Source: Candidatus Altimarinota bacterium
GTDB taxonomy: Bacteria; Patescibacteriota; Gracilibacteria; UBA4473
Length of the DNA stretch: 64,000 bases
Reading direction: 5' to 3'
NCBI GenBank assembly: GCA_965231215.1
Contig: OZ246423.1
Coordinates: 384,001 to 448,000, forward strand
Part shown: piece by piece, positions 60,104-64,000 of the stretch
How the letters are laid out: each line of letters starts with the position of its first letter
Position numbering within the stretch: the first letter of the stretch is position 1
Program-made: the position numbers and the translations under genes
The notes under the pieces: model-generated
Seen by the model: only the letters and a program-made list of their open reading frames with translations
Told to the model about the DNA's origin: nothing
Database searches by the model: none

Positions 60104-63100
60104 ATGAAATTCTCAAATCTCGGTCTCTGGCGGGTGATATATGTGTTTAGTATCTGTTTTTTACTGGAATCGTTAACCCTGGCACAAAACACAAATTTTG
60201 ATACCAATGTAAATGTACAATACTCAAACCAAAACAATAGTGTCTCCACTCAATTTCCAGGAGATCGAAATCAGGGAAGCTCAGCCCATGATCTAACCCC
60301 TTTGGGGCCGGTCGTTTCTCAGAGCACTACTACTAGTCAATCCGGAAGCGTAACCACAACCACCACAAGTGTCACCAGTCAAAGCCCCACTCTTTCGGGC
60401 ATAAGTCAAAAAAACGAAGGTATTTGGTATGTTTCTTTCAGACGAGACAATGTCGGCGGAGTTCAAACCGGGAGTGAGATTGTAAGACACGACCTTACCC
60501 CGCCTCGGTGTAATAACCAATGGCCTCGCGGCCTGGATGGAGCCTGGACTAATAAGCCTATTGTTTTTGATGCCGGAGATGCCGGTGTTTGTGTCGATCA
60601 ATTAACCCAAAACGGAGTATTGCTCGATAACCAAGGTTCGGGTTGCCGAAAAGGGGAAACCATTAAAATTTTCGATCACGGGGAAAGTACAAATTTTTCA
60701 ATTCAAGATAATGTCAACAATCTTAGCCCCACCGAATGCCAGACTCCCGAATCCAAAATTGACTGCTTGGTTCCTAGGTTAAATAGTGTTCAATTACAGC
60801 ATAAAGGGTTGGGATTGCCAGTTGAACCCCTGGCTCAAAACCTACTACAGCCCAATACTTTCAGAGCTGATGATGGAGCTTTGAATTTGATTATGAATGT
60901 TTTTGATAGTCCCCCTAATGCCACTTGTAACATTTCAGGTATTAATTGGAGCGAACTAAGTCACCAAAGTGAAATAAAACAAGAACAATATGACTTAGCC
61001 AATCTCATTAGTGAACAAGAACTCATAGAAAGAGAATTAGAACTACAAGAAGCCCAATTCATTACCGAGAATGGAAACCTCATCCTGACTTTACTCAAAA
61101 ATATTACCGCACAGATAGAAAAAAACCTATGGCAAGAAAGTATTAATGAACTTAACTCAGCCAACTCCGAAATAAAAACCAGACTAAGATCATTTAATGA
61201 TGAAGTCCAAACACTCAATAATCTGAAATTAGAAAAACAAAAAATAAACCAAATTCAAGATTTATTACAGAACTCCGAATTTATAGATCCGGAAACCAAA
61301 AATCAACTAATCGAAAAGTTAAAAAAAGTAAATCCAGAATTTTTGGAATCAAGAATAGTAAATCACAATATAGAAGTGCAAAAAATGGTTCAGGAATTTA
61401 GCCTTTTAGCTCGGAAGTTATCCGACTCATCAAAAATAGAACAAAACACGACTGTGCTTTCCGACCTTTTAGACCAATGGCAGGTGAGCATTACCAAAGA
61501 TTATTCACACTTAATACCCAATTGGACCAGTGTCATTTTGGAAACAGACTCACTCATAAATCAACAATACAACCAGCATTACTTACCACTCAAAAGTGCC
61601 TACCAAAATACCAACCTGAAAAGCAAACTTCAGGCTTTGCCCGAATATAATCCCGAAACCCATTTATCTCAGCTTCTGGAATCCTTTGAAAACGGAAGTG
61701 ATAAGGCCAGACTAAATGTGATCGAAACGCGGGAAAATCTAAGCCAGCTCAATAGCGAGATGCATTCTGTGATTACCTACCTCAATAACTATCAGCCGGT
61801 AGACCAAAATTTTGATGAAAGGCCTATAGAAGACCTAATAAACAGAATCCAAATACTCAGCCTAAATGTGGAAACCCTAAACACAGACCTGGATGATGCC
61901 GTTGGAATACTCGGGAAGCCTCTATTGGACATTGACTATTACACACAGGAACCTACCGACGTGTTTATATCAATACTTGACGAAACCATAAGCAAATCTC
62001 AACAAATTATTCAGGAAAGTACCCAAAAAATCACCAACAACAAAACACAAATTCAGGAAATTAAAGCACAAATCGAAACTAAAAACGAAGAAATTGCGGC
62101 CGTTTCAGCTCGTATTATCGAACTTCAAGAAGAAAGTATTGAGGATGACAGTGCTGACCTAAAACAACTAGAAATTTCTCACGTGGAGATTGAAAGAACT
62201 ACCGGCCCAAGCAAAGTAGAAGAATTCATTAACCTATCTCCCACACCAGTCGGGGGGGATATTTATGAATGGAATATTAATCAGTATACCTTCCCTGGAG
62301 AAAGTTATCCTATCTTCTCTCAGGCCGGAGACTACAAAATTACTCTTAGGATTTACGATAAAGCCGGTAACCAGGTGACCCCTAACCGGATCGCTCATAT
62401 AAGAATTCATCCGGCCGCCGCCCACGAAACCCAAACAGAAAACACTCTCACTCACGATTGTGATAAAACAAACCTCTGGGCCAACTACAGTGATCGATGT
62501 GATATTGATTTCACCGTCAAAGATGAATGGGAAAATCCTATTGCACAAAACTCTGCCCTAGAGATTTATGCCGTTACACAAGATACAGAAGGTTCTTACG
62601 ACATCATTACTGGAAATGGGGAAAACTACCCCAACGGGCTCAGGTTTGACGCAGGGGTCAAAGTAGACGGTAAACACAAAGTTAATTGGAATAGCAGCAC
62701 CAGTGGCGCTCAAAACATGAAAATGAGAGCCATACTCCCAACCGTAAATATCATTAACGGTATCGACGGAGCCGCTCTAATGTCTGTCAGTCGAAAACCA
62801 CTCGCTCTAAATTTTATTTATCCACAAGTAAATGAGAGAGGGCTTGTGCAGCCTGAAACTCAGAACTTTGGCATTGATATCCACGCAAGATTCAAACCTT
62901 GGGTTTATCTACACCTAAGTGATAAACAAGATAACCAACCTCCAACCAGCCCTTGGGTCGTTCAAAAAGATGTAGAAAAATGTATCTATACTTATGCTAC
63001 AACCGAGTCTTCTTCTAGAAACTTGCCGAGAAACTTCAATGTATACCTCAAAGGCCATACAGACAATGGCGTGATTCTTTACAATAAAGATCTTAAATCA

Positions 63101-64000
63101 CCCGAAAAAGGATACCCTATTACTTTCCGAAACATTATTGGGGTTTCCAGCGCTGAAAACGATGGAACCACGGGTTCTCCTGCCGCAGAACAAACCTGTA
63201 CACATCTAGGATTCTCTGGCGGTCAGGTAAACGTAAGCTCTGCTTATACTTCTAGAATTGAATATGTCGTAGATGGAAAACAAATTGTTCTACCAGGGGG
63301 TAACCTTGGAATGTTCGCAGGAGAAAGTTGTGTCTTTGCTGACATTTGTCCTGTGAGCTGCCCAGCAGATCCTCCAGTAGGACACCGATGTCATATTTGT
63401 TCTCTCTACCCTGACCTCTGTTGTACAGACCCAGTGGCTTGTAATCCAATCTGTACCAGTCCGCCCTGTTCTGGAGTTCCTGTTTGTACTAATCCTCCTT
63501 GCTCTGGTTTAGCCGGAGGCGGTGATGACGACGACGATGATGACGACGACGATGACGATGATGATGACGATTTTGCAGTTGAATGTGCCGGACTTACCCC
63601 TCAAGAATGTATCTGTCAGGTGATCCTCCCAGGCTCTTGTGTAGAAACTGAGTACCTAGAACCAGGCGCTGATATTGAAGGTGGTTTCCTCGCTTCAGAC
63701 GATGAATTTGTGTACATCAATTCTCAAACTAAAACCATTGAAGTAAACGATGAAGCCGTTGGCCTTGGAGACACTTTCGTAACAGACGTACGAGAAGATG
63801 TTAATAGAAATATCTACGATATCACTCGAGGTATCCCCGCTATTCCAAACAGTGGAAATACCATTGATCTAAAACTTCGAGATCTAGAACACAAAGGAAT
63901 CACTTACATTGAGGGCGGTTTAGTCAGAATCGGTTTCCATAGTAATGGAGCTGTCGGGACTCAGAATAATCCGGCCCAAATGTCAGGCGGAGCCCATACC
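60104..64000 (+). CDS. Giant secreted surface protein, truncated by the window end (>1299 aa)
   Basis: ATG 60104 MKFSNLGLWRVIYVFSICFLLESLTLAQ; same frame reads sensibly at 63521 (GGG-D16); absent from the ORF track, consistent with no stop in the window. Confidence 0.8.
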   Translation, partial: MKFSNLGLWRVIYVFSICFLLESLTLAQNTNFDTNVNVQYSNQNNSVSTQFPGDRNQGSSAHDLTPLGPVVSQSTTTSQSGSVTTTTTSVTSQSPTLSGISQKNEGIWYVSFRRDNVGGVQTGSEIVRHDLTPPRCNNQWPRGLDGAWTNKPIVFDAGDAGVCVDQLTQNGVLLDNQGSGCRKGETIKIFDHGESTNFSIQDNVNNLSPTECQTPESKIDCLVPRLNSVQLQHKGLGLPVEPLAQNLLQPNTFRADDGALNLIMNVFDSPPNATCNISGINWSELSHQSEIKQEQYDLANLISEQELIERELELQEAQFITENGNLILTLLKNITAQIEKNLWQESINELNSANSEIKTRLRSFNDEVQTLNNLKLEKQKINQIQDLLQNSEFIDPETKNQLIEKLKKVNPEFLESRIVNHNIEVQKMVQEFSLLARKLSDSSKIEQNTTVLSDLLDQWQVSITKDYSHLIPNWTSVILETDSLINQQYNQHYLPLKSAYQNTNLKSKLQALPEYNPETHLSQLLESFENGSDKARLNVIETRENLSQLNSEMHSVITYLNNYQPVDQNFDERPIEDLINRIQILSLNVETLNTDLDDAVGILGKPLLDIDYYTQEPTDVFISILDETISKSQQIIQESTQKITNNKTQIQEIKAQIETKNEEIAAVSARIIELQEESIEDDSADLKQLEISHVEIERTTGPSKVEEFINLSPTPVGGDIYEWNINQYTFPGESYPIFSQAGDYKITLRIYDKAGNQVTPNRIAHIRIHPAAAHETQTENTLTHDCDKTNLWANYSDRCDIDFTVKDEWENPIAQNSALEIYAVTQDTEGSYDIITGNGENYPNGLRFDAGVKVDGKHKVNWNSSTSGAQNMKMRAILPTVNIINGIDGAALMSVSRKPLALNFIYPQVNERGLVQPETQNFGIDIHARFKPWVYLHLSDKQDNQPPTSPWVVQKDVEKCIYTYATTESSSRNLPRNFNVYLKGHTDNGVILYNKDLKSPEKGYPITFRNIIGVSSAENDGTTGSPAAEQTCTHLGFSGGQVNVSSAYTSRIEYVVDGKQIVLPGGNLGMFAGESCVFADICPVSCPADPPVGHRCHICSLYPDLCCTDPVACNPICTSPPCSGVPVCTNPPCSGLAGGGDDDDDDDDDDDDDDDDFAVECAGLTPQECICQVILPGSCVETEYLEPGADIEGGFLASDDEFVYINSQTKTIEVNDEAVGLGDTFVTDVREDVNRNIYDITRGIPAIPNSGNTIDLKLRDLEHKGITYIEGGLVRIGFHSNGAVGTQNNPAQMSGGAHT
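63524..63571 (+). repeat. GAY x16 trinucleotide tract (poly-Asp)
   Basis: 16 consecutive GAT/GAC codons in frame. Confidence 0.9.

Noticed and set aside
60293-63449. Short minus-strand ORFs in the last 4 kb
   Set aside because: Antisense shadows of the long plus-strand ORF starting at 60104

Overview
AT-rich bacterial chromosome segment read in the standard code (table 11). The gene set points to a CPR/Patescibacteria organism, most likely class Gracilibacteria (Peregrinibacteria-like); this is inferred from DUF5665, an orphan VirD4-like ATPase, giant Cys-rich surface proteins, an unlinked 23S-5S unit and SD-less genes, not from a database search. Housekeeping genes: rbp, purL, uvrC, topA, xth, map, adk, pyrE, dnaJ with CIRCE, pth, nusA, miaB, prs. 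Also present: a 23S+5S rRNA unit with its own promoter and no 16S, tRNA-Ile2(CAU), a RelE-type toxin-antitoxin pair, a cell-wall module (SLH-CtpA plus an amidase-SpoIID fusion) and several large secreted or unknown proteins. Best candidate for an undescribed system: a palindromic element (core AGTCCGGACT) occurs in frame inside two conserved genes. In purL it brackets a ~25-aa extra loop; in uvrC it sits at the 5' junction of a complete-looking GNAT gene embedded in the nuclease domain, suggesting palindrome-associated in-frame gene capture. Other leads: a structured insert flanked by direct and inverted copies of the 5S rRNA 3' end, an unannotated 47-aa basic protein with a strong promoter, PRTase/beta-propeller and riboflavin-kinase/5-FCL fusions, a Trm9-like methyltransferase next to a cysteine desulfurase, two paralogous giant helical proteins, and widespread leaderless-type starts.
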